In this document: positions 1 through 9,146 of the stretch, piece after piece
Numbering within the stretch: position 1 is the stretch's first letter
Layout: each line of letters begins with the position of its first letter
Source: Bacteroidota bacterium
GTDB lineage: Bacteria; Bacteroidota; Ignavibacteria; Kapaibacteriales; Kapaibacteriaceae
Direction of reading: 5' to 3'
Assembly: GCA_039795225.1 (NCBI GenBank)
Contig: JBDKEN010000001.1
Span: 21,610 to 85,609 of the forward strand
Length of the DNA stretch: 64,000 nt
Position numbers and translations under genes: made by a program
Notes under the pieces: model-generated
Told to the model about the DNA's origin: nothing
The model's input: only the letters and a program-made list of their open reading frames with translations
Databases searched by the model: none

Positions 1-1
1 T

Positions 2-1201
2 GTCATTGTCCGCGATATGTGGTTGACCGGCTTTGACGCCCCCTGCCTGAGCACGATGTACATCGACAAGCCCATGCAGGGTCACGGCCTCATGCAGGCC
101 ATTGCGCGTGTGAACCGCGTGTTCCGCGACAAGCCCGGCGGACTGGTGGTGGATTATCTGGGTCTGGCCGACAGCCTGAAGCGCGCGCTTGCAACGTACA
201 CGCAGAGTGGCGGTAAGGGGCAACCCAACATCAATGTCGAGGAAGCCGTGGCGGTGCTGCTGGAGAAGATGGACATTGCCCACGCCATGCTGCACGGCTT
301 TGACTGGTCGGCGTGGACGGGCGACAACATTCAGGCACGTCTCGCCCTGCTGGCCCCCGGATGTGAGCACATCCTGGAGCAGGAGAACGGTCGATCCCGC
401 TGGATGCAGGTCATCACCGACGCTTCCCGTGCCTTTGCGCTCTGTGCGGCGAGCAACGAAGCCAAGGCCATCCGCGATGATCTTGCGTTCTTTCAGGCTC
501 TGAGAGGGGGCATGCTTAAGGAACGGGAGAACCGCTCCGACGATCCGGACCGTCTTGATGCTGCGATACGTCAACTTGTTGACAAAGCGATTGTCGCCGA
601 TGACGGTATTATTGATGTCTTCACGGCTGCCGGTCTGCAGAAGCCCGACATCAGCATTTTGTCGGACCAGTTCCTTGCCGAAGTGCGCGGTCTGAAGTAC
701 AAGAACGTCGCTGCCGAACTGCTTGAAAAGCTGCTGACCGACGAGATCCGCACAACCTACAAGAACAACATCGTCGAGTCGAAGCGTCTTTCCGAGCTCC
801 TGCAGCAAACCCTCAACCGCTACCACAATCGCGCCATCGAAACGCAGGAAGTGATCGAAGAGCTCATCCGTCTGGCCCGCGACATGCGCGAGGCGATCAG
901 TCGCGGTGAGTCTCTCGGCCTGAACGACGACGAGCTTGCCTTCTACGATGCCCTTGCCGACAACTCCAGTGCCCGCATTGTGATGGGCGACGACAAGCTC
1001 AAGCTCATCGCCACCGAGCTCGTCAAGAAGGTTCGCTCCAGTGTCACCATCGACTGGAACCTCCGCGAGCAGGCCCGCGCCAACATCCGCGTCATCATCA
1101 AGCGCATACTCCGCGAGCACGGCTACCCACCCGACCTGCAGTCCGAAGCCGCCCAGCTCGTGCTGCAACAAGCCGAGCTGCTGTGCGAGGGGTGGGTGTA
1201 G
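2..1201 (+). CDS. hsdR: Type I restriction enzyme R subunit (HsdR), C-terminal ~400 aa only; the 5' part lies left of the window
   Basis: Frame is open to the window edge. [35 protein letters not shown] matches the conserved helicase motif V-VI block of HsdR proteins and is followed by a long helical C-terminal domain. TAG stop at 1199-1201. Confidence 0.85.
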   Translation, partial: VIVRDMWLTGFDAPCLSTMYIDKPMQGHGLMQAIARVNRVFRDKPGGLVVDYLGLADSLKRALATYTQSGGKGQPNINVEEAVAVLLEKMDIAHAMLHGFDWSAWTGDNIQARLALLAPGCEHILEQENGRSRWMQVITDASRAFALCAASNEAKAIRDDLAFFQALRGGMLKERENRSDDPDRLDAAIRQLVDKAIVADDGIIDVFTAAGLQKPDISILSDQFLAEVRGLKYKNVAAELLEKLLTDEIRTTYKNNIVESKRLSELLQQTLNRYHNRAIETQEVIEELIRLARDMREAISRGESLGLNDDELAFYDALADNSSARIVMGDDKLKLIATELVKKVRSSVTIDWNLREQARANIRVIIKRILREHGYPPDLQSEAAQLVLQQAELLCEGWV

Positions 1202-1213
1202 GAGAGAGGGCAC

Positions 1214-1248
1214 TGGGTACAGGGTACAAGGTACTGGGTACTGGGTAC
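1214..1248 (+). repeat. Heptamer array A1, 5 units (strand = strand on which units read NNNKKAC)
   Basis: TGGGTAC AGGGTAC AAGGTAC TGGGTAC TGGGTAC. GTAC recurs at 1217, 1224, 1231, 1238 and 1245. Starts 12 nt after the hsdR stop. Confidence 0.9.
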
Positions 1249-1303
1249 ACACATTACGACACCCACACAAGACGTTCGCATCCCATCCCCATACTTCAGC
1301 CCT

Positions 1304-1327
1304 GGGCGGGAAGGGGGCGGGGCAGGG
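1304..1327 (+). other. G-quadruplex-type motif GGGCGGGAAGGGGGCGGGGCAGGG
   Basis: Five G3+ runs separated by 1-2 nt loops in the hsdR/DUF2130 intergenic region. Confidence 0.4.
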
Positions 1328-1394
1328 ATGTTTGCCAGCAGGGGCAGGGAAGCCTCAAGCTGAGCAGTATGGGAGGACATTAACCGTTAGCATG

Positions 1395-1408
1395 GAGGAA
1401 GCTTCCTC
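1395..1408. promoter_or_regulatory. Perfect 14-bp palindrome GAGGAAGCTTCCTC upstream of the DUF2130 gene
   Basis: Read directly. Centred 78 nt upstream of the ATG at 1480. Confidence 0.3.
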
Positions 1409-1479
1409 AGACCAGCCCCTTGCGACAACGTTCATCAACCGGTACCCGTATCTTCGAATTCCTGAAGAAAGACACCGCT

Positions 1480-2820
1480 ATGCACGATATCATTTGTCCC
1501 CATTGTCATACAGCGTTTAAGATCGATGAGTCTGGTTACGCCGACATCCTCAAGCAGGTGCGTGATACCGACTTTGAAAAGCAGATTGCCGAGCGCTTGG
1601 CCATTGCCGAAAAGGAGAAAGAAAGTGCTGTCAATCTTACGAAGGCGCAATCCGAGATTGCCCTCAAGAGCAGTCTTGCTGAAAAGGAAGCGCAGATCTC
1701 GGCACTGAAGTCAAAGGTTGATAGCATCGAAATGGAGCGTCAACTTGCAGTGACCATGGCTACGCGAGATCTTGAATCTGAGCGTGACAAGCTGGCCAGT
1801 GAAATTGACCTGTTGAAGAAGCAGATGCAAAGTGCTGTTGATCTGGCACAGGCAACCTTCAAGAATGAGCTGCAGCAAACAGCGAGTGCCAAGGAGAGTC
1901 AGATCCAGTCGTTAAAGAATGATATTGAACGACTCACACTTGCGCAGGAGCTTGCCGAAACGTCGCTGCGCGAGCGCTATGAAGCTCAGCTCAAGGATCG
2001 TGATGCGGCAATCGAACGGCTGCGAGACATGAAGGCCAAGCTCTCCACCAAGATGGTCGGTGAAACCCTCGAACAACACTGCGAGATTGAATTTAATCGC
2101 ATTCGCGCCACTGCTTTCCCCCGGGCGTACTTCGAAAAGGACACCGATGCCCGCACAGGCAGTAAAGGCGATTACATCTTTCGCGATTACGATGAGTCCG
2201 GCACCGAAATCGTCTCCATCATGTTCGAGATGAAGAATGAGGCGGACCTCACGGCGACCAAGAAGAAGAACGAGGACTTCCTCAAAGAACTCGACAAGGA
2301 TCGAGCAGAGAAGAGTTGTGAGTACGCTGTGCTCGTGTCACTGCTCGAGCCAGAGAATGAACTCTACAACACCGGTATCGTCGACATGTTCTACCGCTAC
2401 CCGAAAATGTACGTTGTGCGTCCACAGTTCTTCATCCCGATCATTACGTTGCTTCGGAATGCCGCCATGAACTCGCTCAAATACAAGTCGGAACTTTCTC
2501 TTGTGAAGGCCCAGAACATCGACATCACCAACTTCGAAGAGGACCTCGAGAGCTTCAAGGACGCCTTCAAGCGGAACTACGACCTTGCCTCGAAGAAGTT
2601 CAAGGATGCGATCGACGAAATCGATAAGTCCATCAATCACTTGCAAAAGACCAAGGAAGCCCTGCTCGGTACCGATCGTAATCTCCGACTGGCAAATGAT
2701 AAGGCCCAGGATGTGACTATCAAAAAGCTCACGCGCGGCAACCCAACAATGGCCGCGAAGTTTGCCGAGGTCAAGAATGTCCCGAAGAATGATGCGTCAT
2801 CACCCGAGCCCCACGACTAA
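1480..2820 (+). CDS. DUF2130-like protein: N-terminal CxxC zinc ribbon, long coiled coil, C-terminal PD-(D/E)xK-like region
   Basis: ATG at 1480 ([26 protein letters not shown]) is preferred over the TTG at 1420. The middle is E/K/Q/L-rich coiled coil. GDYIFRD...SIMFEMKNE resembles a D...ExK core. Family assignment is from memory. Confidence 0.6.
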   Translation: MHDIICPHCHTAFKIDESGYADILKQVRDTDFEKQIAERLAIAEKEKESAVNLTKAQSEIALKSSLAEKEAQISALKSKVDSIEMERQLAVTMATRDLESERDKLASEIDLLKKQMQSAVDLAQATFKNELQQTASAKESQIQSLKNDIERLTLAQELAETSLRERYEAQLKDRDAAIERLRDMKAKLSTKMVGETLEQHCEIEFNRIRATAFPRAYFEKDTDARTGSKGDYIFRDYDESGTEIVSIMFEMKNEADLTATKKKNEDFLKELDKDRAEKSCEYAVLVSLLEPENELYNTGIVDMFYRYPKMYVVRPQFFIPIITLLRNAAMNSLKYKSELSLVKAQNIDITNFEEDLESFKDAFKRNYDLASKKFKDAIDEIDKSINHLQKTKEALLGTDRNLRLANDKAQDVTIKKLTRGNPTMAAKFAEVKNVPKNDASSPEPHD

Positions 2821-2846
2821 AACGCTCTCATCCATCCTCCTAATTT

Positions 2847-2937
2847 GTTCTTCGTAATTCGTACTTCGTAATTGGTACTTCGGAATTGGTCCTTCGTAAT
2901 TCGTACTTCGTAATTCGTACTTCGTAATTCGTCCCAG
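2847..2937 (-). repeat. Heptamer array A2, 13 units, 14-bp super-period
   Basis: The plus strand reads GTTCTTC GTAATTC GTACTTC GTAATTG GTACTTC GGAATTG GTCCTTC (GTAATTC GTACTTC)x2 GTAATTC GTCCCAG. Ends 8 nt from the stop of the minus-strand gene 2946..5216. Confidence 0.95.
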
Positions 2938-2945
2938 CGGCCTTC

Positions 2946-5216
2946 TCACTTGATATGATAGATCCTTATCGCTGAACTTGCGTCGTATGGTGAAACACCT
3001 TGTAGGTCCTCGTCGATTATGGCAGCGAGCTTCGAGCCATCGCCGCTAAAGCTAAATGCTTCCGGGTAACTCCTTGCTGTTCCGACTGGGAGGGGACGTA
3101 GAAGTCGCTGTGATCGAAGATCAATGAGAGCTGCGGGAACACCCTTGTTATGTGACCAAGTAACATACTGCGCATCATTGGCTGAGAACGCCATCACAGT
3201 ATCTCCTGTAGTGCGTGAGATCTCGGCACCGGTTGTCATATCCACTAACCATGTCGTGAAATACGATATGGAGACTAGCCCCTGAATCGCCACAATCTTA
3301 CCTGACTGTGACAGCATTTTAGCTCTGGGGTAATAGCGAGGGTCTGCCAATGTATCCGGACGCCAGGTGAAACTTCGAACTGTACCGCCAGTTGTGATGT
3401 CGATAGTATAGAGTGTCACGGGATTAAATGTCTCAAAAACAGCGAGCGTGTTACCCTGCATCCCCATAAAGCCAGCTATTTTACCGTCAAATTGATTTAA
3501 AGGTATTGTGCGGCGTAAGGTGCCAGATGCAACGTCATATTCATCCATGCGGTCCCGTTCCGTGACGTATACCGTTGAGCCGTCCGAGGTTGCGTGGTGC
3601 CTACCAGGAGCTGATATTGTCGAAACAACCTCGCCTGTGCCTGCATTATAGATCGTAGTCTTGGCACCTGTGGACACAGCAATTCGCGAATCGGCAGCTA
3701 CAAAGCGAATGGAAGAGAAGCGCTCCTGAGTCCATTGTCTGTCTGTTCTCCAGAGCTGCGTACCAGTTGACGCATCAAAGACAAAGACCTCTTGCCACCC
3801 CGTGAATAACGCGACGCGCGAGCCATCGGAGTTCAGCGCAATATTCTGGGCCCAACTACCCAAGGGTAGTTTGAACTCTGTAAATGCTGTTCCAATTCCG
3901 CCGCAGGCCTTGAGATTTCCTGCATTGTACAGAGTTCCGCCAGTGATCGGTGATACCGCGGTCGAGGTAATTGTCCGTCCGTTCGTACTATACCCTTCGA
4001 GGGTGAGTGCGACACCAGCGGGCACCGTAACGCGAATCTTCCCGGTGGTTGATGAGGCGACCTTCACACCCGTTGGCGTGACAACCTGCACGAAGCCACC
4101 GATCGGTGCATCATTGCAATCCACGATCTGTGCCTCCAGAAGCGTCGGACATGGCGAAACGACGATGTTCTTACGAAACGTCTGGTTTTCTGCAATCGGA
4201 CCAACAGTCACCGGTGATGAGGACATGCCCTCGTTACCGCGTGCGCGAACCTGCACATCGAACGCTACGTCTGCCGGTACAAGCCGGCGATACATTCCAT
4301 CTTGATCGGTAATGACACTCACTTGCCCGATATCAACCGTGATGCCTGCAAGAGGGATGTTCTGGCCACATGTTACACGACCTTCGATAAAGGCTCGGCG
4401 AGCTCTCGGAACATCAAGATTCCAGTCCGTAAAGTGCGTTACGGTTCCAACGTACTGTCCGCCCGAAAGCGTAGCCTTCCCTTCCTCAACCCAGATACCC
4501 TGCTTTTCATCGAAATGCCAGAGTGGTATCTCCGACATGGAGGCACCGGCAGCAGGATACGTAAGGTTAGCGACAGCCCCCTTCGCGAGGTTAAGGGGCT
4601 GCCCCTGCGACCCCGTCAGGAGAACACGAAGAACGCCGTACGAAACAAGTTCTGTCGATGAACCATCAGCGCGCAGTGCGGCCATATCTCCTGAAAAGCT
4701 GTCATAGAAGTTTGCCGACTGTGGATCCAGATATCGTGCGGCCACAGAGACCGTTCCGGAGTAGCTGTTACCCTGAGCATCGATGTAGCCGTTCGCCGGC
4801 AGGTCAATGCTAGCAGCTCCAAGTGTTACCAGACCACCACTGGAGGCATTGATCGTCTTGATCTGCTTCGCTTCCTGGAGCGTCAACAGCATAGTTGTGA
4901 CCTTACCAGCCGATGGATAGGCGGCCCTTGCCCCGGTGAAATACCCGCTCTTGCGAACGGTTATCACCGCACGTGTTGATGGAACCGTCACGTTCTGAAG
5001 AACGAACACTCCGTTCCCATTGGTCGTCGTTGAGGTGCCATGACCGCTGACAACTGCCCCTTGAACAGACTTCCCTTCCTCGTCAACAACGCGACCGGTG
5101 ATCGTCGTGCGAACGGTTTCCGCGTAATCACCTTGGGCCGGGTCAGAGACGGAGTTACATCCCGTAAGCGCGGCAAATACAATTACTGTAAGAACAACAC
5201 GGAGCATAAAAGCCAT
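2946..5216 (-). CDS. Large lipoprotein with carboxypeptidase-regulatory-like beta-sandwich domains and a C-terminal propeller-like region
   Basis: ATG at 5216 is preceded by GGAGG with a 5-nt spacer. MAFMLRVVLTVIVFAALTGC is a signal peptide plus lipobox. ITGRVVDEEGKSVQGAVV and IEGRVTCGQNIPLAGITV are CarboxypepD_reg-like segments. No T9SS CTD is present. Confidence 0.6.
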   Translation of the reverse strand: MAFMLRVVLTVIVFAALTGCNSVSDPAQGDYAETVRTTITGRVVDEEGKSVQGAVVSGHGTSTTTNGNGVFVLQNVTVPSTRAVITVRKSGYFTGARAAYPSAGKVTTMLLTLQEAKQIKTINASSGGLVTLGAASIDLPANGYIDAQGNSYSGTVSVAARYLDPQSANFYDSFSGDMAALRADGSSTELVSYGVLRVLLTGSQGQPLNLAKGAVANLTYPAAGASMSEIPLWHFDEKQGIWVEEGKATLSGGQYVGTVTHFTDWNLDVPRARRAFIEGRVTCGQNIPLAGITVDIGQVSVITDQDGMYRRLVPADVAFDVQVRARGNEGMSSSPVTVGPIAENQTFRKNIVVSPCPTLLEAQIVDCNDAPIGGFVQVVTPTGVKVASSTTGKIRVTVPAGVALTLEGYSTNGRTITSTAVSPITGGTLYNAGNLKACGGIGTAFTEFKLPLGSWAQNIALNSDGSRVALFTGWQEVFVFDASTGTQLWRTDRQWTQERFSSIRFVAADSRIAVSTGAKTTIYNAGTGEVVSTISAPGRHHATSDGSTVYVTERDRMDEYDVASGTLRRTIPLNQFDGKIAGFMGMQGNTLAVFETFNPVTLYTIDITTGGTVRSFTWRPDTLADPRYYPRAKMLSQSGKIVAIQGLVSISYFTTWLVDMTTGAEISRTTGDTVMAFSANDAQYVTWSHNKGVPAALIDLRSQRLLRPLPVGTARSYPEAFSFSGDGSKLAAIIDEDLQGVSPYDASSAIRIYHIK

Positions 5217-5221
5217 GGCAA

Positions 5222-5226
5222 CCTCC
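5222..5226 (-). promoter_or_regulatory. Shine-Dalgarno-like GGAGG, 5 nt upstream of the ATG at 5216
   Basis: The minus strand reads GGAGG TTGCC ATG. This contrasts with the box-abutted starts elsewhere in the window. Confidence 0.4.
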
Positions 5227-5530
5227 GATAACATTTGATATAGATAATGAGCTGCTTGTTGATTCTGGTCGCAGCACCAGCCAGACAACCGAGATGCTCC
5301 GAGTCAACCCCACGGTAGACGGAGTCGAGATTTCACAGACGTATGCTATAGCCAACAACGACGATTACATGGTCCACCTTGTCTTACTGACAAGTGTGCT
5401 TGGGCAACTTAGGACTCTTTTCCAAATGCCAAACGATTACTACCGAAAAGTATTACTCAAAATTCTTTCCGGGGTAGCGCCAGACGTCCGGCGTGTGCAG
5501 GATTCCGGATAATGCGGGGACAACCACCTC

Positions 5531-5579
5531 GTCATTCGTACTTCGTCATTCGTACTTCGTAATTGGTACTTCGTACCCT
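5531..5579 (-). repeat. Heptamer array A3, 7 units
   Basis: GTCATTC GTACTTC GTCATTC GTACTTC GTAATTG GTACTTC GTACCCT. Ends 28 nt before the kynA ATG. Confidence 0.95.
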
Positions 5580-5595
5580 ATACCGCTCCTCTCCG

Positions 5596-5603
5596 TAATT
5601 TCG
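5596..5603 (+). promoter_or_regulatory. -10/-7-like box TAATTTCG, 4 nt before the kynA ATG (leaderless-type geometry)
   Basis: Read directly: TAATTTCG GCGC ATG. Confidence 0.35.
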
Positions 5604-5607
5604 GCGC

Positions 5608-6681
5608 ATGCTCTATTACTCTGAATATCTCGCCCTTGATGCCGTTCTCAACGCTCAACATCTGGAGAGTGCCAAGCATGGTGCGCCTGCGCATGAAGAG
5701 ATGTTGTTTATCATCACGCACCAGACATTTGAACTGTGGTTTAAGCAGGTGCTCTTCGAGGTCGACTCGGTAATCCAGTTGTTAGACCGGGAGTATGTGC
5801 CGGAGGCGGATGTTGCGGTGTGCCTTTCGCGGATTCAACGCGTTAATCGAATCATGGAGCACCTGGCCTCGCAGTTTACGTTGATCGAAACCATGACGCC
5901 GGGCGAGTTCATGGAGTTCCGTGCATTCTTGAATCCTGCCAGCGGGTTTCAGTCAGTGCAATGGCGTGTACTGGAGCGCACCCTGGGATTGCCCGAGACA
6001 AAGCGCGTTCTGCGGCACTACACCGAGCCATTCACACCGGAGCAACTCAAGCAGCTCGATGATGCAAGCAATCGGACAACGCTCTTTGCAGCCGTGCAGC
6101 GGTGGCTTGAGCAGATGCCATTCATGGAGCATGGCACCTATGCATTCTGGGATGCCTACAAGCAATCGGTAACCGCGATGCTCGACAACGACCGACGCGA
6201 AGTACGACGTCTGTCTGAAGCTGAGCACACCGATCCAACGCGCGCGCTCGAACAGATTGACGCCAATGAAAAGGGCTTCCTTGGACTCTTTGATGCAGAT
6301 GCCTATGCCGAGCTGCAGACGCAGGGAATTCGTCGACTCTCGCAGCGGGCAACACTGGCGACACTGTTCATTTCGACATATCGGGATCGTCCCTTGCTGC
6401 AGATACCCTATCGATTTGTGGATGCAATCATCGAACTCGACCGTCTTGTTTCGCTCTGGCGCTACCGGCATACCATGATGGTGAGTCGAATGATCGGCAT
6501 GCGCGTCGGGACAGGGGGCTCAAGTGGTCACGACTATTTGATGCAGACAACGGTGCGCCAGCGAGTCTTCGATGATCTGACGTCGCTTTCGTCCTATCTC
6601 GTTTCGCCGCAGCACACACCTGTGCTCCCAGCGGAGATCGAGTCGCGTCTGCAGTTTGTTAACGAAGCGTCCAAGGGCTAG
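5608..6681 (+). CDS. kynA: Tryptophan 2,3-dioxygenase family protein
   Basis: YSEYLALDAVLNAQ, HEEMLFIITHQTFELWFKQ, SGFQSVQWR and WRYRHTMMVSRMIGMRVGTGGSSGHDYL match conserved TDO blocks. Confidence 0.75.
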   Translation: MLYYSEYLALDAVLNAQHLESAKHGAPAHEEMLFIITHQTFELWFKQVLFEVDSVIQLLDREYVPEADVAVCLSRIQRVNRIMEHLASQFTLIETMTPGEFMEFRAFLNPASGFQSVQWRVLERTLGLPETKRVLRHYTEPFTPEQLKQLDDASNRTTLFAAVQRWLEQMPFMEHGTYAFWDAYKQSVTAMLDNDRREVRRLSEAEHTDPTRALEQIDANEKGFLGLFDADAYAELQTQGIRRLSQRATLATLFISTYRDRPLLQIPYRFVDAIIELDRLVSLWRYRHTMMVSRMIGMRVGTGGSSGHDYLMQTTVRQRVFDDLTSLSSYLVSPQHTPVLPAEIESRLQFVNEASKG

Positions 6682-6691
6682 AGTCGCGCTC

Positions 6692-6715
6692 GTTCCATGA
6701 GCATGCTCATGGAAC
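6692..6715. promoter_or_regulatory. Perfect 24-bp palindrome GTTCCATGAGCATGCTCATGGAAC spanning the comF start codon
   Basis: Each half is the exact reverse complement of the other. Contains ATGs at 6697, 6703 and 6709, all in the comF frame. Confidence 0.4.
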
Positions 6716-7431
6716 CAATGAAGACGCTTCTCCGATCGGTCATTCGCGTCATTAATGACGTCGTCTTTCCACGCCACTGCCTGCTCTCAGGTGTCCACCT
6801 GCACGAGCCACCTGTGCTCGTGCCCGGGATTTCCGATACAGCGCTTGCGGCGGAAACCGTTGCCCCATACGGAGCGGCCCTCGAGGTTCTGATTCAACGT
6901 CACTTCGAGCCAGACGATTTCATGCTTTCGCGTGTTTCCTCCTGCTGGACATTGGACCGAAGCTCACGAATTGATGCGGCTATCTATGCGATCAAGTACG
7001 GCGGGCGCACATCCCTGGCAACGCACCTCGGCGCGCTCATGGCAGGTCATATTGATATGGCCGACCTCGATGCTTCGGCAATCATCGCGGCCGTGCCAAT
7101 CCATCGGGCACGACAGCGCGAACGAGGGTATAATCAAGCGTCGTTCCTTGCCGCTGGCCTAGCCGGTGCGCTCAATCGGGCGTTACTCGAGGAGGGTGTG
7201 ATCATTCGCCGGCGCTACACACCAACCCAAACGTCACTTGACCAGCAACACCGCTATCGCAATGTGCAGGATGCCTTCGTTGTGCGCGACCCTTCGATGG
7301 TCAAGGGGCGCACCATCGTCCTTGTCGACGATGTCCTAACCACGGGGGCGACCATCAACGCCTGCGCAACGGCGCTTGTCGAGGCCGGAGCACGACGCGT
7401 GGATGCCATCACTGTCTGTGTTGCCGTGTGA
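6697..7431 (+). CDS. comF: ComF-family phosphoribosyltransferase-domain protein
   Basis: RERGYNQASFLA plus the PRTase motif IVLVDDVLTTGATINA near the C-terminus, the typical ComF/GntX layout. Confidence 0.75.
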   Translation: MSMLMEPMKTLLRSVIRVINDVVFPRHCLLSGVHLHEPPVLVPGISDTALAAETVAPYGAALEVLIQRHFEPDDFMLSRVSSCWTLDRSSRIDAAIYAIKYGGRTSLATHLGALMAGHIDMADLDASAIIAAVPIHRARQRERGYNQASFLAAGLAGALNRALLEEGVIIRRRYTPTQTSLDQQHRYRNVQDAFVVRDPSMVKGRTIVLVDDVLTTGATINACATALVEAGARRVDAITVCVAV

Positions 7432-7460
7432 GAGCTTCATTCCAGAAGTCCGTCTCGCAG

Positions 7461-7468
7461 TAACTTCG
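7461..7468 (+). promoter_or_regulatory. -10/-7-like box TAACTTCG, 4 nt before the pepP ATG
   Basis: TAACTTCG CTTC ATG. Confidence 0.35.
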
Positions 7469-7472
7469 CTTC

Positions 7473-8879
7473 ATGATCTACTCCTTCGTTCGACACAGAT
7501 CCGCCGTTACAGCGCTGCTGGTGCTGTTCGCTTCTCTTGGTGCGATATCACAGACCTTTCCGTATGAAGTGTTCGATGACGACCTGCCCCCTGCCTCGGT
7601 TTACAAAGAGCGTCGCGAGCGACTCTTGCAGCAGATGGCTCCGCGGACGATGTGCGTTGTTCTATCGGCCGACGTCCGCAATCGTCAGAACGACGTTGAC
7701 TTCGAGTACCGTCAGAGCTCAGACATGCTCTACCTCTGTGGATCGCCTACACCAGCGTCCACCTTGGTGCTGATCAAGGACGGGGTCGTGATCAATGGAC
7801 GTCGACTTCGAGAAATCTTGTTCATTCCCGAGCGGAAGCCCGATCGCGAAGTATGGCAAGGTGTCGCCATGGGACCACTTGAGGCGATGCAGCATCTTGG
7901 CGTTGACACTGCGATTGCGACGAAGGACATGCGCGCACTCCTGGATAGCATGATCGTGCGTACCGACACGCTTCTCGTCTCAACCCTTCCAACACGCGCG
8001 CTCAACGTGCCCCTTGCCGGGAAGAATCTCTACAGTGAAGGAGAGATGAAGCGCTGGCTCAAGGAGCTCAACCCATCATGCATCTTGAAGACGCCAATCT
8101 CCTACCTCAGGGCCATGCGCGAGGTCAAGGACAGTGCCGAGCTTCGCTTGATGCGCATGGCAATCGACATCAGCATCGAAGGTCACTTGGCAACCATGAA
8201 GGGGGCTCGCCCCGGAATGAAGGAATACGAGCTTGAAGCACTCATGGAGTACGGCTTCAAGCGTCGTGGTGCACAAGATGTCGGCTATCCTTCGATCGTT
8301 GGCTCGAACTATAACGCCTGCATTCTCCACTACACGGCGAACCGTCGAACGACGAGTATCAACGACCTCGTGCTGGCAGATTGTGGTGCCGAGTATCATG
8401 GGTACACGGCGGACATCACGCGAACCTTTCCCCTGACCGGGTCGTTCACCAAGGAACAACGCCTGATCTACGACATCGTCCTTGAAGCGCAGGATTCAGG
8501 CATCGCCGCATCACGTCTCGGTAGCCCCTTTCGTGCACCGCACCAGGCCGCGCTCGACGTCATCCAGCGTCGCCTGATGGAACTGGGCATCACCGCGGCA
8601 CCGGAACAAGCATCGGACTACTTCATTCACGGGACCTCCCATTATTTAGGACTCGATGTCCACGATCCCGGCACCGGTGGACCACTCAAAGCCAACAGCA
8701 TCATCACCGTCGAGCCAGGCATCTACATCCCCGCCGGCTCACCCTGTGATAAACGGTGGTGGAATATCGGCATCCGCATCGAAGACGACATCCTCATCAC
8801 CCCCACCGGCCCCGTAAACCTCTCAGCAGCATTGCCCCGCAAGGCGGCTGATATTGAAGCGTTGATGAAACGAGAGTAG
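7473..8879 (+). CDS. pepP: Xaa-Pro aminopeptidase (M24B)
   Basis: N-terminal AMP_N-like region. Metal-ligand blocks LADCGAEYHGYTADITRT, HGTSHYLGLDVHD, VEPGIYIP and GIRIEDDILIT. Confidence 0.8.
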   Translation: MIYSFVRHRSAVTALLVLFASLGAISQTFPYEVFDDDLPPASVYKERRERLLQQMAPRTMCVVLSADVRNRQNDVDFEYRQSSDMLYLCGSPTPASTLVLIKDGVVINGRRLREILFIPERKPDREVWQGVAMGPLEAMQHLGVDTAIATKDMRALLDSMIVRTDTLLVSTLPTRALNVPLAGKNLYSEGEMKRWLKELNPSCILKTPISYLRAMREVKDSAELRLMRMAIDISIEGHLATMKGARPGMKEYELEALMEYGFKRRGAQDVGYPSIVGSNYNACILHYTANRRTTSINDLVLADCGAEYHGYTADITRTFPLTGSFTKEQRLIYDIVLEAQDSGIAASRLGSPFRAPHQAALDVIQRRLMELGITAAPEQASDYFIHGTSHYLGLDVHDPGTGGPLKANSIITVEPGIYIPAGSPCDKRWWNIGIRIEDDILITPTGPVNLSAALPRKAADIEALMKRE

Positions 8880-8884
8880 GGGCG

Positions 8885-8954
8885 CAATTACCAATTACCA
8901 ATTACCAATTACCAAGTACCAAGTACCAATTACGAATGACTAATGGCAAAGTAC
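8885..8954 (+). repeat. Heptamer array A4, 10 units
   Basis: CAATTAC x4, CAAGTAC x2, CAATTAC, GAATGAC, TAATGGC, AAAGTAC. Starts 5 nt after the pepP stop. Confidence 0.95.
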
Positions 8955-9022
8955 GTCAACAATGTACGCTGACTGCTTCGTCATAGGTTTGACGAGGTCC
9001 TTGATTGGGGACATTATTCACG

Positions 9023-9141
9023 GTCCTTGGTAATTCGTACTTGGTAATTAGTAATTCGTACTTGGTAATTGGTAATTCGTACTTGTTAACTGGTAATTCG
9101 TACTTAGTAATTGGTAATTGGCAATTCGTACTTGGTAACTT
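9023..9141 (-). repeat. Heptamer array A5, 17 units, 21-bp super-period
   Basis: GTCCTTG then four triplets (GTAATTC GTACTTG GTAATTN-like) over 9030-9113, then GTAATTG GCAATTC GTACTTG GTAACTT. Ends 5 nt before the glmM ATG. Reverse complement of A4 unit types. Confidence 0.95.
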
Positions 9142-9143
9142 GC
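9136..9143 (+). promoter_or_regulatory. -10/-7-like box TAACTTGC, 3 nt before the glmM ATG; it is also the last unit of array A5
   Basis: GTAACTTGC CCC ATG. Confidence 0.3.
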
Positions 9144-9146
9144 CCC

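Noticed and set aside
5294-5512. A 72-aa ORF in the 391-bp divergent region upstream of kynA as a small protein gene.
   Set aside because: It has no recognisable motif, signal peptide, RBS or promoter box, so it cannot be distinguished from a chance ORF. The region 5217-5530 remains unexplained non-coding DNA.
2847-9141. Heptamer arrays as CRISPR arrays.
   Set aside because: The units are 7 bp and directly adjacent with no unique spacers. No cas genes are present in the window.
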